A DNA stretch of 64,000 nt from Candidatus Scatovivens sp. (GTDB lineage: Bacteria > Bacillota > Clostridia > TANB77 > CAG-508), in NCBI GenBank assembly GCA_051891335.1, contig JBJFFD010000022.1:3527-67526 (forward strand). The letters are read 5' to 3'. The number at the start of each line of letters is the position of its first letter. The stretch's first letter is position 1. The notes beneath the pieces were generated by a model that ran no database searches, was not told where the DNA came from, and was given only the letters and a program-made list of their open reading frames with translations. The translations under genes were made by a program, and so were the position numbers. This document shows positions 19,571-29,423 of the stretch, piece after piece.

Positions 19571-19996
19571 TTATATACCAAGCATTTCCATTTTTTCAGC
19601 AATTTCATCTGCTGAAATATCTTCATCGCATTTACTCCATTTTTCTTTGCTCCAAATTTCAATTCTAGAATCCATTCCAACAATTATTACATCTTTTTCT
19701 AATTCAGCAAACTCTCTTAAATTGCTTGAAATTAAAAATCTTCCTTGTTTATCTATTTCACACTCTATTGCTCCTGCAAAGAAAAATCTAGAAAACTTTC
19801 TTGCATCTTTATTAGATATTGGAAGTGAACGTAGTTTTTCTTCAAAATTTTTCCACTCGGTAATAGAAAAAGCAAATAAGCAACCATCTAATCCTTTAGT
19901 TATTATGAACTTTTCACCTATATCTTCTCTTAATTTTGCAGGCATAATCAATCTGCCTTTTGCATCAAGAGAATGTTCATATTCACCTATAAGCAC
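19571..19996 (-). CDS. mraZ: Transcriptional regulator MraZ (GTG start; the ORF-track 5' extension is rejected)
   Basis: The canonical MraZ N-terminus [23 protein letters not shown] begins at a GTG at 19996, preceded by RBS GGAAGGAGAA. Two SpoVT/AbrB-like halves. About 142 aa. Confidence 0.88.
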   Translation of the reverse strand: MLIGEYEHSLDAKGRLIMPAKLREDIGEKFIITKGLDGCLFAFSITEWKNFEEKLRSLPISNKDARKFSRFFFAGAIECEIDKQGRFLISSNLREFAELEKDVIIVGMDSRIEIWSKEKWSKCDEDISADEIAEKMEMLGI

Positions 19997-20016
19997 TATT
20001 ATTTCTCCTTCCTTTT

Positions 20017-20050
20017 TCTTCCACTTCGCACCACTTTCTTCCACTTTCAA
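20017..20050 (-). promoter_or_regulatory. MraZ-box array: three direct AAGTGG repeats at exact 10-bp periodicity in the mraZ 5' leader
   Basis: Minus-strand sequence AAGTGGAAGA-AAGTGGTGCG-AAGTGGAAGA immediately upstream of the RBS. Confidence 0.65.
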
Positions 20051-20054
20051 TTTA

Positions 20055-20083
20055 AGTTTAATATATAACTTTTTTTTTTGCAA
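20055..20083 (-). promoter_or_regulatory. Candidate sigma-A promoter of the dcw operon (TTGCAA-17nt-TAAACT)
   Basis: The -35 TTGCAA is at 20078-20083 and the -10 at 20055-20060. The predicted TSS falls within the MraZ boxes. Confidence 0.4.
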
Positions 20084-20164
20084 TAGTTTTTATAAAAAAT
20101 TTTAATTTTTTTTATATTTTTGTTAATATTATTATATTTATTTTGGAAATTTATTTGAAGAACA

Positions 20165-20196
20165 GGTAATCGAGACGTCTCACCCATCTACAGATA
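20165..20196 (-). repeat. Divergent REP-like element (palindrome GAGACGTCTC, then ACCCATCTACAGA)
   Basis: Perfect 10-bp palindrome plus a CCATCTACA tail similar to the family. Confidence 0.35.
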
Positions 20197-20317
20197 CTTG
20201 AAATTTTATAATTATTTGATAAATTGTAGTATATTTTTTATTTTATTTTTCTATTGATTTTATTTTGAATTAATTATATATTTTTGTTAATAACTATTTA
20301 CTGAAAGGAATTTTCAT

Positions 20318-20935
20318 ATGAGTAAAAAAAATATTTTTATTTTAATTTTTTCAATACTATTTTTTTTATTTGCTTTAGCTTTTTTATTATATACTTTTTC
20401 TATTAATGATACTAATAAAAATAATACTGTTAATTATTCAAATGGAATATTAGATAATTCTGTTAGTGAAACTACTAACAATGCTAATACGGCTAATAGT
20501 TCTGATACTTCTGATACTTCTATTTCAGAGGATTTACCTGATATTGAATATGAATCTTTAATAGATTTTACTTTTTATAATAAAAACAATGAAGAATTTA
20601 ATCTTTCTAGATATAAAGATAAACCTATTGCAATCCTATTTTCTGATTTTTCAGGTAGTTACGAAATATGTGTAGAATATTTGAGTCTATTAAATTCGTA
20701 TTACGAAAAATATAAATCTAATATTCAATTTCTTTGTATAGATAAGTCTAATTTTATTGATTCAGATTCAAATATCGAGATTTATAAAGATAAAGATGGT
20801 ATAGAGAAATATTCAATTGATAAGTTACCTTCTTTAATTTTTATTAATAAAGAAGGAGAAATAATAAATCAAGTTACTTCAATCACTCTTGACAGTCTGG
20901 AAGCAAATCTTGATTTAATAACAGGAAATTTTTAA
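20318..20935 (+). CDS. Hypothetical membrane-anchored protein, possibly thioredoxin-like fold, with an Asn/Ser/Thr-rich linker
   Basis: N-terminal TM (IFILIFSILFFLFALAFLLY) and a low-complexity NNTVNYSNG...SSDTSDTS linker. No CxxC motif. Confidence 0.45.
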   Translation: MSKKNIFILIFSILFFLFALAFLLYTFSINDTNKNNTVNYSNGILDNSVSETTNNANTANSSDTSDTSISEDLPDIEYESLIDFTFYNKNNEEFNLSRYKDKPIAILFSDFSGSYEICVEYLSLLNSYYEKYKSNIQFLCIDKSNFIDSDSNIEIYKDKDGIEKYSIDKLPSLIFINKEGEIINQVTSITLDSLEANLDLITGNF

Positions 20936-20941
20936 AATTCT

Positions 20942-20980
20942 CAAAAAAAGAAGATATAAAAAACTTTACATCTTCTTTTT
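20942..20980 (+). terminator. Rho-independent terminator after the 20318..20935 gene
   Basis: Hairpin GAAGAT...ATCTTC followed by TTTTTT. Confidence 0.6.
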
Positions 20981-21140
20981 TATATAATAGGGAAGTTCTC
21001 CTAACCTCCTATTATATAACAGCTTCGCCAATTTCGTACACAAATTTTATTGCATAAAATTTGGCATGCTAAGAACAAATACGTGGACTTCAAAAATATT
21101 TAAATGATATAAAATATTTTTAAAGTCCACTTTTGTTCTT
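20981..21140 (+). ncRNA. Conserved structured non-coding element, copy A: 5' ATAGGAAGTT palindrome, conserved core, 3' terminator hairpin GTGGACTT...AAGTCCAC plus U-run. Candidate sRNA or 3'UTR element
   Basis: About 85% identical to the reverse complement of 44035-44230. The terminator stem carries compensatory changes (GGAC/GTCC versus GTAC/GTAC). Confidence 0.4.
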
Positions 21141-22061
21141 TTATGCATTTTCTGTTAATATTGGTATTACTTGTTTTTTACGAGATACTATACCCTCTAG
21201 CAATGCTGTATTATTTTCTAGTTTAACATCGTAAGATCTTTCTACTAAATCCGTTGCTTTTCCTAATGCAATTACTTGTGAATTGCTGTTTAGTATGTCT
21301 GTTATTAATAGAATAAATAAATCTAACTTATTTTCATCTATCGTTTTTTGCATACCTTTTTCTAAATCTTCTTTTAATTTCATTACATCTTCTATACTAG
21401 CTGTATTTACTTGATTTATTATTACATTTAAATCTTTTATAGTTGTTTTTTTAGCATCCATTGTTAATATTTCATCTATTGAAAAATCGCTTATATCTGT
21501 TCCTGCTTTTAACATTTCTAATCCATATTCTTCAATATTTATTTCTGCTATTTTAGCTAGTTCTTCCGCAGCTTTTTTATCTTCATCTGTACATGTTGGT
21601 GATTTAAATAATAATGTATCTGATATTATTGCTGAAAGCATTAATACTGCTATTGTCTTTCCTATTTCAACTCCATTTTCTTTATATAATTTATATAATA
21701 CTGTTTCAGTGCAACCAACAGGTTCTGCCCTATAAAACAAAGGTGATGGTGTATTTAATGCTGTTCTATGATGATCAACAACTTTTATAATATTCATATT
21801 TATTAAATTATCTATTGATTCTTCGTAATTAGCGTGATCTACTAATATTACATTTGAACTACTTTCAAGACTTTCTATTAATTCTGGTGGTTCTATTCCT
21901 AAATAATTTAATACAAATTCTGTTTCTTTATTTATTTTTCCTAGCCTACAAGCTTTAGCTTCTCTTCCCAATGCGTTTTCAAAATTTGCCATTACTAAAC
22001 TTGATGTTATTGAATCTGTGTCTGGATTTTTATGTCCAAAAATATATTCTATTTTTTCCAT
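21141..22061 (-). CDS. ppaC: Manganese-dependent inorganic pyrophosphatase (family II, DHH)
   Basis: MEKIEYIFGHKNPDTDSI... DHH motif. VDHH, AEPVGCTETVLYKLYKENGV and the C-terminal DHHA2 region. Start moved to the ATG at 22061, which has RBS GGAGAG. Confidence 0.9.
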   Translation of the reverse strand: MEKIEYIFGHKNPDTDSITSSLVMANFENALGREAKACRLGKINKETEFVLNYLGIEPPELIESLESSSNVILVDHANYEESIDNLINMNIIKVVDHHRTALNTPSPLFYRAEPVGCTETVLYKLYKENGVEIGKTIAVLMLSAIISDTLLFKSPTCTDEDKKAAEELAKIAEINIEEYGLEMLKAGTDISDFSIDEILTMDAKKTTIKDLNVIINQVNTASIEDVMKLKEDLEKGMQKTIDENKLDLFILLITDILNSNSQVIALGKATDLVERSYDVKLENNTALLEGIVSRKKQVIPILTENA

Positions 22062-22194
22062 TTTGTAATCTCTCCATTTCTTTTTTATTTTCTTTACTAT
22101 CTTATAATAAAAAAGTTTAAAAATCAATATTTTTAAACTTTTTTGTCTAATATTTAGATTTTTTGTTCTTTACTAGTTGATATGAAGATTGCCA

Positions 22195-23550
22195 CTATAC
22201 ATTACATTTTGTCAATATTGCATCTGCTATAGCTTTTATATATTCTTCCTGTTCAGATAAAATTTTTTCTAAGTCTGTTTTTATATATCCTAGTTCTATT
22301 TGATAACATTCTATTCCAAAATTTGAATTATAGTACTTATTTGCTGAATAAGAAGTATTTCTACCATCTACATAAGCATTTGTCGCAATTCCTCCAACTT
22401 CTCTTATTGTATATAAATAAGGTGTATCTATATCTATTAAATATGGTTCATATCCTTTATTTTTAGCTGTTTCTTCATATTGTTCTATTACTTTTTTAGT
22501 AAAGTTTTTAACGTATACCCCATCACTTTGCTTATATAAATTATTTGAAGAAAAAGTAATTGATGTATTTGTATTTATATTATTGGACATTAAGTTAGCT
22601 AGCTCCAAATCGCATTTACATGGTGCATATATTTCAAATCCACTTGTTTTTTTCGAATCATTATTAATATGTAATGAAATCATATATTTTGCTCTGCTTT
22701 CACAAGATACAGTTATTCTGCCATTTACATCATACATATTAGTATAATTATAAGTATCATTATTTTCTTCTGTTCTAGTTAATTTTACTTTCAATCCATT
22801 GTCTGTTAAGTACTTTCCTAATTTTTGTGCATAATCTAATGTTATATCTGCTTCATTATATTCACCACTTTTTTCTCCTAAATCTGTTCCACCATGCCCT
22901 GCATCTATTACTATATCATAAATATTTTCTGGAAGACTTTCTTCTGTTTTACTTATAGTTAAAAATTTATATTTTTCGTTTTTATATTCTCTTTCTGAAA
23001 ATTGCACAGATATTTTATTGTTTTTTTCCTTATTAGTTATCGTAAAATATTCTAAACTATTATTTTCTATACTTCCTGTTAAATTATAATATTTGTAGTT
23101 TGTACTATTATTTAATTTTAATCTAAGTAATATATAATAATTTTCTTTCTGAAGCTTTTCTAAGTCTATTGTATTATTTATTTGATTCGCTTCAAATATT
23201 AAGTTCTTACCTTCTATGCTAGTACTAACTTTGTATAATATTTCTTCAAATCCATCCGTTAATACTAATTTTGCCCCTTCTAAATTATCTTTACTTATAC
23301 CAGAAATTTTTCCCTCAACATTTAAAGAAGTACCATAAACATATATTTTTGTTACTTCTGCTTCTTTTTTTTGAATTTTTTCCACAATATTGGAAATTGC
23401 TTTTTTATGAGTATTATCTGGAAGATTTCCTCTTATTCCTATTATTATTCCAATAACTATACCTATTACTATCGGTATTATACATACAATTTTTAGAACT
23501 CTTTTCATACTATATATTTTCCTTTCATAATAGCTAAATTTGTTCTCCAA
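22195..23550 (-). CDS. N-acetylmuramoyl-L-alanine amidase (Amidase_3 domain) with an N-terminal membrane anchor
   Basis: TM segment IVCIIPIVIGIVIGIIIGI. C-terminal amidase motif DAGHGGTDLGE...SLHINN. Confidence 0.75.
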   Translation of the reverse strand: MENKFSYYERKIYSMKRVLKIVCIIPIVIGIVIGIIIGIRGNLPDNTHKKAISNIVEKIQKKEAEVTKIYVYGTSLNVEGKISGISKDNLEGAKLVLTDGFEEILYKVSTSIEGKNLIFEANQINNTIDLEKLQKENYYILLRLKLNNSTNYKYYNLTGSIENNSLEYFTITNKEKNNKISVQFSEREYKNEKYKFLTISKTEESLPENIYDIVIDAGHGGTDLGEKSGEYNEADITLDYAQKLGKYLTDNGLKVKLTRTEENNDTYNYTNMYDVNGRITVSCESRAKYMISLHINNDSKKTSGFEIYAPCKCDLELANLMSNNINTNTSITFSSNNLYKQSDGVYVKNFTKKVIEQYEETAKNKGYEPYLIDIDTPYLYTIREVGGIATNAYVDGRNTSYSANKYYNSNFGIECYQIELGYIKTDLEKILSEQEEYIKAIADAILTKCNV

Positions 23551-24842
23551 TTAAATCATAATCAATAACCTCAGTAATTTTGCACTTTATAAATTCTCCA
23601 ACCGAATTTTTTCCATTATTTTTTATGAATATAACTCCATCTTCATCTGGTATATCCATATAACTTCTTGCTATATAAAATTTTCCATTTTCACTTATTC
23701 CATCTATTAAAGCTTCATATTCATTTCCTATTTTTTCTTCAAGTTTTATCTTTGATATATCTTTTTCTAATTTCATTATTTTTTCAAATCTGCTTTGTTT
23801 TGTCTTTGGATGTATCTGGTTTGGTAGTTTTTCTGCAGGTGTATCATCTTCTTTTGAATACTTAAAAACTCCTAGTTTTTCAAACTTTTGTTCATTAACA
23901 AATTCATATAATTCAAAAAAATCTTCCTCTGTTTCTCCTGGAAAACCTACCATTAAAGTAGTTCTTATTATTACTTCAGGAATCTGCTTTCTTATTTTAA
24001 GAATTAGTTCTTCAATACTTTTCTTATTACTTTTTCTATTCATTCTTTTCAAAACACTATCTGAGATATGCTGAAGTGGTATATCAAAATATTTACAAAT
24101 TTTATCATTATTTTTTACAACATTTATAAGCTCATCTGTTATGCTTTCAGGATATGCATACAAAAATCTTATCCATTTTATTTTGTCTATATTACTTATT
24201 TCTTCTAATAACTCTGCTAGTCTTGTTTTATTATATAAGTCAATTCCATATTTTGTAGTATCTTGTGCTATTACAATAATCTCTTCATAACCTTCATTCG
24301 CCAATTTCTTAGCCTCATCTATAACTTCTTCAAATTTTCTGCTTTTGTATGGTCCCCTTATATATGGAATTGCACAATATGTACACTTATTGCTACAACC
24401 TTCAGCAATTTTTAAATATGCTGTTCTTTTACCTGTTGAAATGTTTCTTTCAAAATAATTTAGTTCAATTTCAAGACTTTTATTATGTTTTTCTATTAAC
24501 TCTAAAACTCTATCCCAAAACTTATCATATTCATCTATTGTTATAAACAAATCTACTTCTGGCAATAATTTTTCTAAATCACTTTTATATCTCTGAACTA
24601 AGCATCCCATTACAATTAAATATTTACATTTTCCGTTTTGTTTTAGTTCAGCCATTTCAAGTATTGTATTTATAGCCTCTTGTTTAGCTGATTCTATAAA
24701 TCCACAAGTATTTATTACTATAATTTCAGCAATATTTTTATCATTAACTATTTCAAAATTATTGTATTTAAATTTTCCTATTGCCATCTCAGTATCTACC
24801 AAATTTTTACTACATCCGAAGTGATACAAACCCTACTTTCAT
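23534..24842 (-). CDS. rimO: Ribosomal protein S12 methylthiotransferase RimO (radical SAM plus TRAM), with an apparent N-terminal frameshift
   Basis: CxxxCxxC radical-SAM motif (AEGCSNKCTYCAIP) and a C-terminal TRAM domain. Canonical MKVGFVSL at the ATG at 24842 shifts frame into ...GCSKNLVDTE near 24815, one extra C. The ORF track instead starts at a TTG. Confidence 0.8.
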
Positions 24843-24858
24843 TCTTATTCCATCCTTT

Positions 24859-25101
24859 TTATATTATGAAGTTAAGAGCTAATATAATTAAAACTGCTGG
24901 TACTCCAAGTATAGCCACCATAACAACCATCCACCAACTTAAAACTAATGTTATTCCTATTTTAGCTAATATAAATAGAATAATTCCACCTAAAAGTATA
25001 TTAATAGCTAATTTAAAAATAATTTTTAATGGTAATGAAATTACTTTTAATACTAAAATAACAATAAAAAAAGTTATAATATATGTTAAAATTGTACTCA
25101 T
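24859..25101 (-). CDS. Small two-TM membrane protein, possibly BofA-like
   Basis: 80 aa, two hydrophobic helices. The C-terminus GVPAVLIILALNFII resembles BofA. Weak call. Confidence 0.35.
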   Translation of the reverse strand: MSTILTYIITFFIVILVLKVISLPLKIIFKLAINILLGGIILFILAKIGITLVLSWWMVVMVAILGVPAVLIILALNFII

Positions 25102-25127
25102 ATTTTTTTCCTCCTTTAATAATTTAT

Positions 25128-26294
25128 TTATGAATTATTATATAAATGTTTTCTTGTAAGTTCCATTAAATTTAATTTTGTAAATCCTTCTATTTGAACC
25201 TTTGACCTATCTTTTTTTATTTCTTTTTTTAATAGTTCTATAATTTTTTTCTTATTTTCTTCTAAATTCATATCTATATAATCTATTATTATAATTCCAC
25301 CAATATCCCTAATTCTAATTTGCTTTAATATTTCTATTGTAGCTTCATAATTCACATTAAATATAGTGTCTTCAGCATTATTTTTTCCAATACTTTTGCC
25401 AGAGTTAACATCTATAGCAGTTAAAGCCTCTGTTTTGTCAATGGTTATAAATCCGCCGCTTTTAAGATATATTTTTCTTTTTTCCGTATTTTTTAATTGT
25501 CTATCTAGATTATAATTATATAATATATTATCTTTATCAATTATTAATTTTACATCTTTATTTAATGTTTCTAGAAATTCTCTTATTTGAGATTCTAAAT
25601 TTTCATCTTCTAGAATAATTTCCTGTAAATCAGAATCTATAATATCTATTAATAATTTTCTTATTATTCCACCACTATCATATATTTGCTTTGGATAATT
25701 ATTTATTGGAGTATTCTTAATCTGGTTCCATTTATTAATTAAATTTTTTATATCTAGAATAATTTCTTCTTCCTTAGCTTTTTCTGCATTTGTCCTTACA
25801 ATAGCCCCTAGATTTGTTGGTAAATTTTCTGAAACTATTTTTTTCAATCTATCTTTTTCTTTTACTTTTTGTGAAACCGTAATAAATGGTGTATTTGGGC
25901 ATAAAACTACAAATCTTCCTGGTATATTTAAGTGAGTTGTAACTCTTACTCCTTTTTTTGTAGTTGTATCTTTCTTTACTTGAACAATTATTGGATCACC
26001 AGGTTTTATCAGCTTATTTATTGGATCTATGTCTTTTTTACTTTTTTTATTTTTAGTAATGTCTTCTTTAGGCAAAATATCTTTTATTGTAATAAAGGCA
26101 TTTCTATTTTTACCTATATTTACAAAAGCCGATTCTAGACCTGGTAAAACATTTTGAACTTTACCAATAAAAATGTTGCCTTCAATATTTCTATTTTCAG
26201 TATTTTCTAAATGTTTCTCTACAAGTATCCCGTCTTCTAATACTAATATTAAATTTTCATTTTCTTCTTTTTTCTTAATTACAATCTGTTTCAT
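25128..26294 (-). CDS. Rne/Rng-family ribonuclease-like protein (S1 RNA-binding domain)
   Basis: N-terminal S1 domain (GNIFIGKVQNVLPGLESAFVNIG) and conserved LMELTRK motif. Shorter (388 aa) than canonical RNase G. Confidence 0.65.
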   Translation of the reverse strand: MKQIVIKKKEENENLILVLEDGILVEKHLENTENRNIEGNIFIGKVQNVLPGLESAFVNIGKNRNAFITIKDILPKEDITKNKKSKKDIDPINKLIKPGDPIIVQVKKDTTTKKGVRVTTHLNIPGRFVVLCPNTPFITVSQKVKEKDRLKKIVSENLPTNLGAIVRTNAEKAKEEEIILDIKNLINKWNQIKNTPINNYPKQIYDSGGIIRKLLIDIIDSDLQEIILEDENLESQIREFLETLNKDVKLIIDKDNILYNYNLDRQLKNTEKRKIYLKSGGFITIDKTEALTAIDVNSGKSIGKNNAEDTIFNVNYEATIEILKQIRIRDIGGIIIIDYIDMNLEENKKKIIELLKKEIKKDRSKVQIEGFTKLNLMELTRKHLYNNS

Positions 26295-26295
26295 A

Positions 26296-26853
26296 TTAAT
26301 TAAATTTATTCATTGCAATATCAACATTATTTTTTAGAATTTCGATTATTGCGTTTTTAGCTTTTTCAACTCCTTTTTCTAAGCTTACTCTATCTTCGTC
26401 ACTTATTTTTCCTATAACATAATTTATCTTATCATTATCGTACTTAGGTTGTCCAATTCCAACTCTTATCCTAATAAATTCTTGATTTTTTAAAATTCCA
26501 ATTATAGATTTCATTCCATTATGAGAACCTGCTGAACCACTTTTTCTTATTCTTATTTTTTCTTTTTCTGTATCAAAATCATCATATATAACAATTAAAT
26601 TATTTATATCAATTTTATAAAAGTTCATAATATCTATAATTGATTCTCCACTTAAATTCATATATGTTTGTGGTTTTAATAGAACTACTTTTTTATTCTC
26701 AATTTCTCCAATACCATATATTCCCTTAAATTTAGCTTTATTTAATTTAATTTTATATTCATCTGCTAACAAATTTATAGTATCAAATCCCATATTATGT
26801 CTTGTGTTAGAGTATTCTGGTTCTGGATTTCCTAGCCCAACTATTAAATACAT
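26296..26853 (-). CDS. pth: Peptidyl-tRNA hydrolase
   Basis: MYLIVGLGNPEPEYSNTRHNMGF... canonical Pth N-terminus. 185 aa. Confidence 0.95.
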   Translation of the reverse strand: MYLIVGLGNPEPEYSNTRHNMGFDTINLLADEYKIKLNKAKFKGIYGIGEIENKKVVLLKPQTYMNLSGESIIDIMNFYKIDINNLIVIYDDFDTEKEKIRIRKSGSAGSHNGMKSIIGILKNQEFIRIRVGIGQPKYDNDKINYVIGKISDEDRVSLEKGVEKAKNAIIEILKNNVDIAMNKFN

Positions 26854-26863
26854 AATTTCTCCT

Positions 26864-27436
26864 TTAAACTTGATTAATTAGTTTTATTATTTTATCATTT
26901 TTATAAAATTCTCTTTTAGGAATTGTATCTGGTATTGTTTTTTCATTCTTATATTTATCTAAGTATATCACAAAATCATATTTTTCCCAATCCTTGTTTC
27001 TCGTTATTAGTGCTTTAGGATATTTAATATTTTTAAAATTTTCAAAATCCTCTTCATCAAATCCATCTCTATCTGTTTGTATTATAAATATTTTATTATT
27101 TATAATTCTTTTTTTTCTTTCATTCCACTTTTCTATTGCCTCTTCTTTTGTTGAATAATGCAAGAAATAAATTTTAATATCTTCTATTATTCCTGTTACT
27201 ATTTGGGTATTTAAAAATATCATATCTTTTGATAAATAATAATCAATATTATTTACAAACTTTATAAAATCTTTTGAATCAAAATATAAATTTATTGTTG
27301 GTGATAAAAATTTCATATTCATATCATGATAAATAATTCCACCAATACAATTTTGAGATATTAAAGAAATATCTTTTCTTACAAAAATACTTTTTTGTTT
27401 CTCAATTATTTTGTCTATATTTACTATTTCTTCCAC
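26864..27436 (-). CDS. Hypothetical protein in the polysaccharide locus (DUF1919-like?)
   Basis: 190 aa. An NCIGG motif is reminiscent of EPS-locus DUF1919 proteins. Weak call. Confidence 0.4.
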   Translation of the reverse strand: MEEIVNIDKIIEKQKSIFVRKDISLISQNCIGGIIYHDMNMKFLSPTINLYFDSKDFIKFVNNIDYYLSKDMIFLNTQIVTGIIEDIKIYFLHYSTKEEAIEKWNERKKRIINNKIFIIQTDRDGFDEEDFENFKNIKYPKALITRNKDWEKYDFVIYLDKYKNEKTIPDTIPKREFYKNDKIIKLINQV

Positions 27437-27453
27437 ATTAACTCCTATATAAT

Positions 27454-28398
27454 TTATTCTTTAACTATATCAATTAGTTTATTAAATTCTTTTTTAAATT
27501 GTTCATTTGAATATTCGGGTTCAACTTTTTTTAGTGTTTTTATTTTATTTTCTAAATCACTTATATTTTTTAAAAATTCTATATAATTTATGTTTTCAAA
27601 CCATTTGTAAAAACTTTCTACTTTATAATTATAATTCTTTAAAGCTATACAAGGTGTTCCTGTTATCATAGCAAAAATCATTCCATGCAATCTATCAGTT
27701 ATTACTAATTCGAATCTTCTGTACTTTTCAAAAATATCAAACAATTTTTTTTCTAAAAATTGTTCTTCATAATATTTTCCTTCAGAAATATCTGTTTTTT
27801 CTATATTATTAAAATGGATCTTTGCTATATTCTGAATTGCAATTTCATCTTCTAATTTTATGCTTTTTTCTCTATCATTTCTTAAAATTAATAATGCACC
27901 ATTTCTATCATTTTGTCCAATTTCATTTAAATATGTCACTATATCTGGCAAATATAATATTCTATTTTTACAAAATTCTCTTTTAATTATCTCTAACGAT
28001 TTTTCTTCTCTTGCTGTTATAATTAAATTTTTATGACTAGAATAAATTCTTTTTGATTTTTCAAGTTCAATTTTTCCTGTTTCATTTTCAGTAAAATATA
28101 TCGTCTGTGGGAACATAATTATTTTGTTATTAGGGAAAAGTTCAATTATTTTTCTTCTATAATTTTCTATAATAATATATTGATTACCAAAGTTTCCTCC
28201 ACCATGTAAAAAAATAATATCTTCCTCTTTAATATTATTTTTTTCTTTTTCAGCATGCTCTATTAGGTTCTCCTCTGGCAAACAAATTAGTTCATATTCT
28301 GGAAAGTTTTCTTTTATAAATTTTTTCTCTGCATATCCAATTGCTACATCACCTAAATTGTCATGATGTGGTATTCCCATTAGTATTATTTTTTTCAA
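27454..28398 (-). CDS. Polysaccharide pyruvyl transferase family protein (CsaB-like)
   Basis: N-terminus MKKIILMGIPHHDNLGDVAIGYAEKKF, typical of the PS_pyruv_trans family. Confidence 0.75.
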   Translation of the reverse strand: MKKIILMGIPHHDNLGDVAIGYAEKKFIKENFPEYELICLPEENLIEHAEKEKNNIKEEDIIFLHGGGNFGNQYIIIENYRRKIIELFPNNKIIMFPQTIYFTENETGKIELEKSKRIYSSHKNLIITAREEKSLEIIKREFCKNRILYLPDIVTYLNEIGQNDRNGALLILRNDREKSIKLEDEIAIQNIAKIHFNNIEKTDISEGKYYEEQFLEKKLFDIFEKYRRFELVITDRLHGMIFAMITGTPCIALKNYNYKVESFYKWFENINYIEFLKNISDLENKIKTLKKVEPEYSNEQFKKEFNKLIDIVKE

Positions 28399-28415
28399 TT
28401 TATTTCCTCCAACAA

Positions 28416-29423
28416 TTAAATTGCTGAAAATCTTTTAATCTTTTCTATAATTTTAAACTCCTCTTCATCAAATGTGTTTTTTATTATAAAATCTATATTA
28501 CTATCATAAAAAATTTTAAATTTTTTTGATAAATATTCAACTTTCAGCTTATTTTCTATATTTTTTTCTTCTTTTTCTATTTTTTCTATTAATTCAATAC
28601 AATATTCCAAATATCTTCTTTTTGCTTTAGCCATTAATATTACTTGATTTTCTTTTTCAAAAAAACTATATACATTTTCATAAGCATCTAAAGTATCATC
28701 TATTCTTTTTTGAGATATACTAGTTCTCATAATACTATTGCTTGTCTGTATATATCCATATATTTTTTTATTTGATTTTATAATTTTTTTTGAATTATAC
28801 AACAATTTATAAGTTGTATATTCGTCTTCATGTAGTCTTCCAATTGGAAAACGTATATTATCAAAAAGGTTCATTTTATATAATTTATTCCATACAACAA
28901 CAAAATCCACATATTCCTCTAGACTTGGTCCATATAGTTTTTCTAATGCTTCTATATTAGATAATGTCTGTACTTTTTCTTCCAAAATTCTATTTTCGTT
29001 TTCTAGTATTTCATTTGTATATTTTATTTTTTCAACATTAATTCTGGAAAAAGAAGCTTGGACAATATCTGGAAAGTTATTTTTCTCTAATATGGATATT
29101 AAGTATTCGTAAAAATCATTTATAATATAATCATCAGAGTCAATAAATGATATATATTTTCCTGTTGCAATATCAATTCCAGCATTTCTTGCTGATGAAA
29201 GTCCTCCGTTTTCTTTATTAATAAGTATTATTCTGTTATCCTTACTTTTAAAATCTTCGCAAATACATTTCGAATTATCTGTTGAGCCATCATTTACTAA
29301 TATTATTTCTAAATTTTTATAAGTTTGACTTACTATAGAATTTAAACAACTTTCTAAAACCTTCTCATTATTATAAATAGGAACTACTATACTAATCTTT
29401 AACTCTTTTTTCATTTTTAGCAC
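28416..29423 (-). CDS. Family 2 glycosyltransferase
   Basis: GT2 signature ISIVVPIYNNEKVLESCLNSIVSQTYKNLEIILVNDGSTD and a DxD (DSDD) motif. Confidence 0.85.
   Translation of the reverse strand: MLKMKKELKISIVVPIYNNEKVLESCLNSIVSQTYKNLEIILVNDGSTDNSKCICEDFKSKDNRIILINKENGGLSSARNAGIDIATGKYISFIDSDDYIINDFYEYLISILEKNNFPDIVQASFSRINVEKIKYTNEILENENRILEEKVQTLSNIEALEKLYGPSLEEYVDFVVVWNKLYKMNLFDNIRFPIGRLHEDEYTTYKLLYNSKKIIKSNKKIYGYIQTSNSIMRTSISQKRIDDTLDAYENVYSFFEKENQVILMAKAKRRYLEYCIELIEKIEKEEKNIENKLKVEYLSKKFKIFYDSNIDFIIKNTFDEEEFKIIEKIKRFSAI

Noticed and set aside
19997-20083. 5' extension of mraZ to the ATG at 20083 (170-aa product in the ORF track)
   Set aside because: The extension overlaps the promoter -35 and the MraZ boxes. 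The canonical MraZ N-terminus ([14 protein letters not shown]) begins at a GTG with a strong RBS, giving the usual length of about 142 aa.
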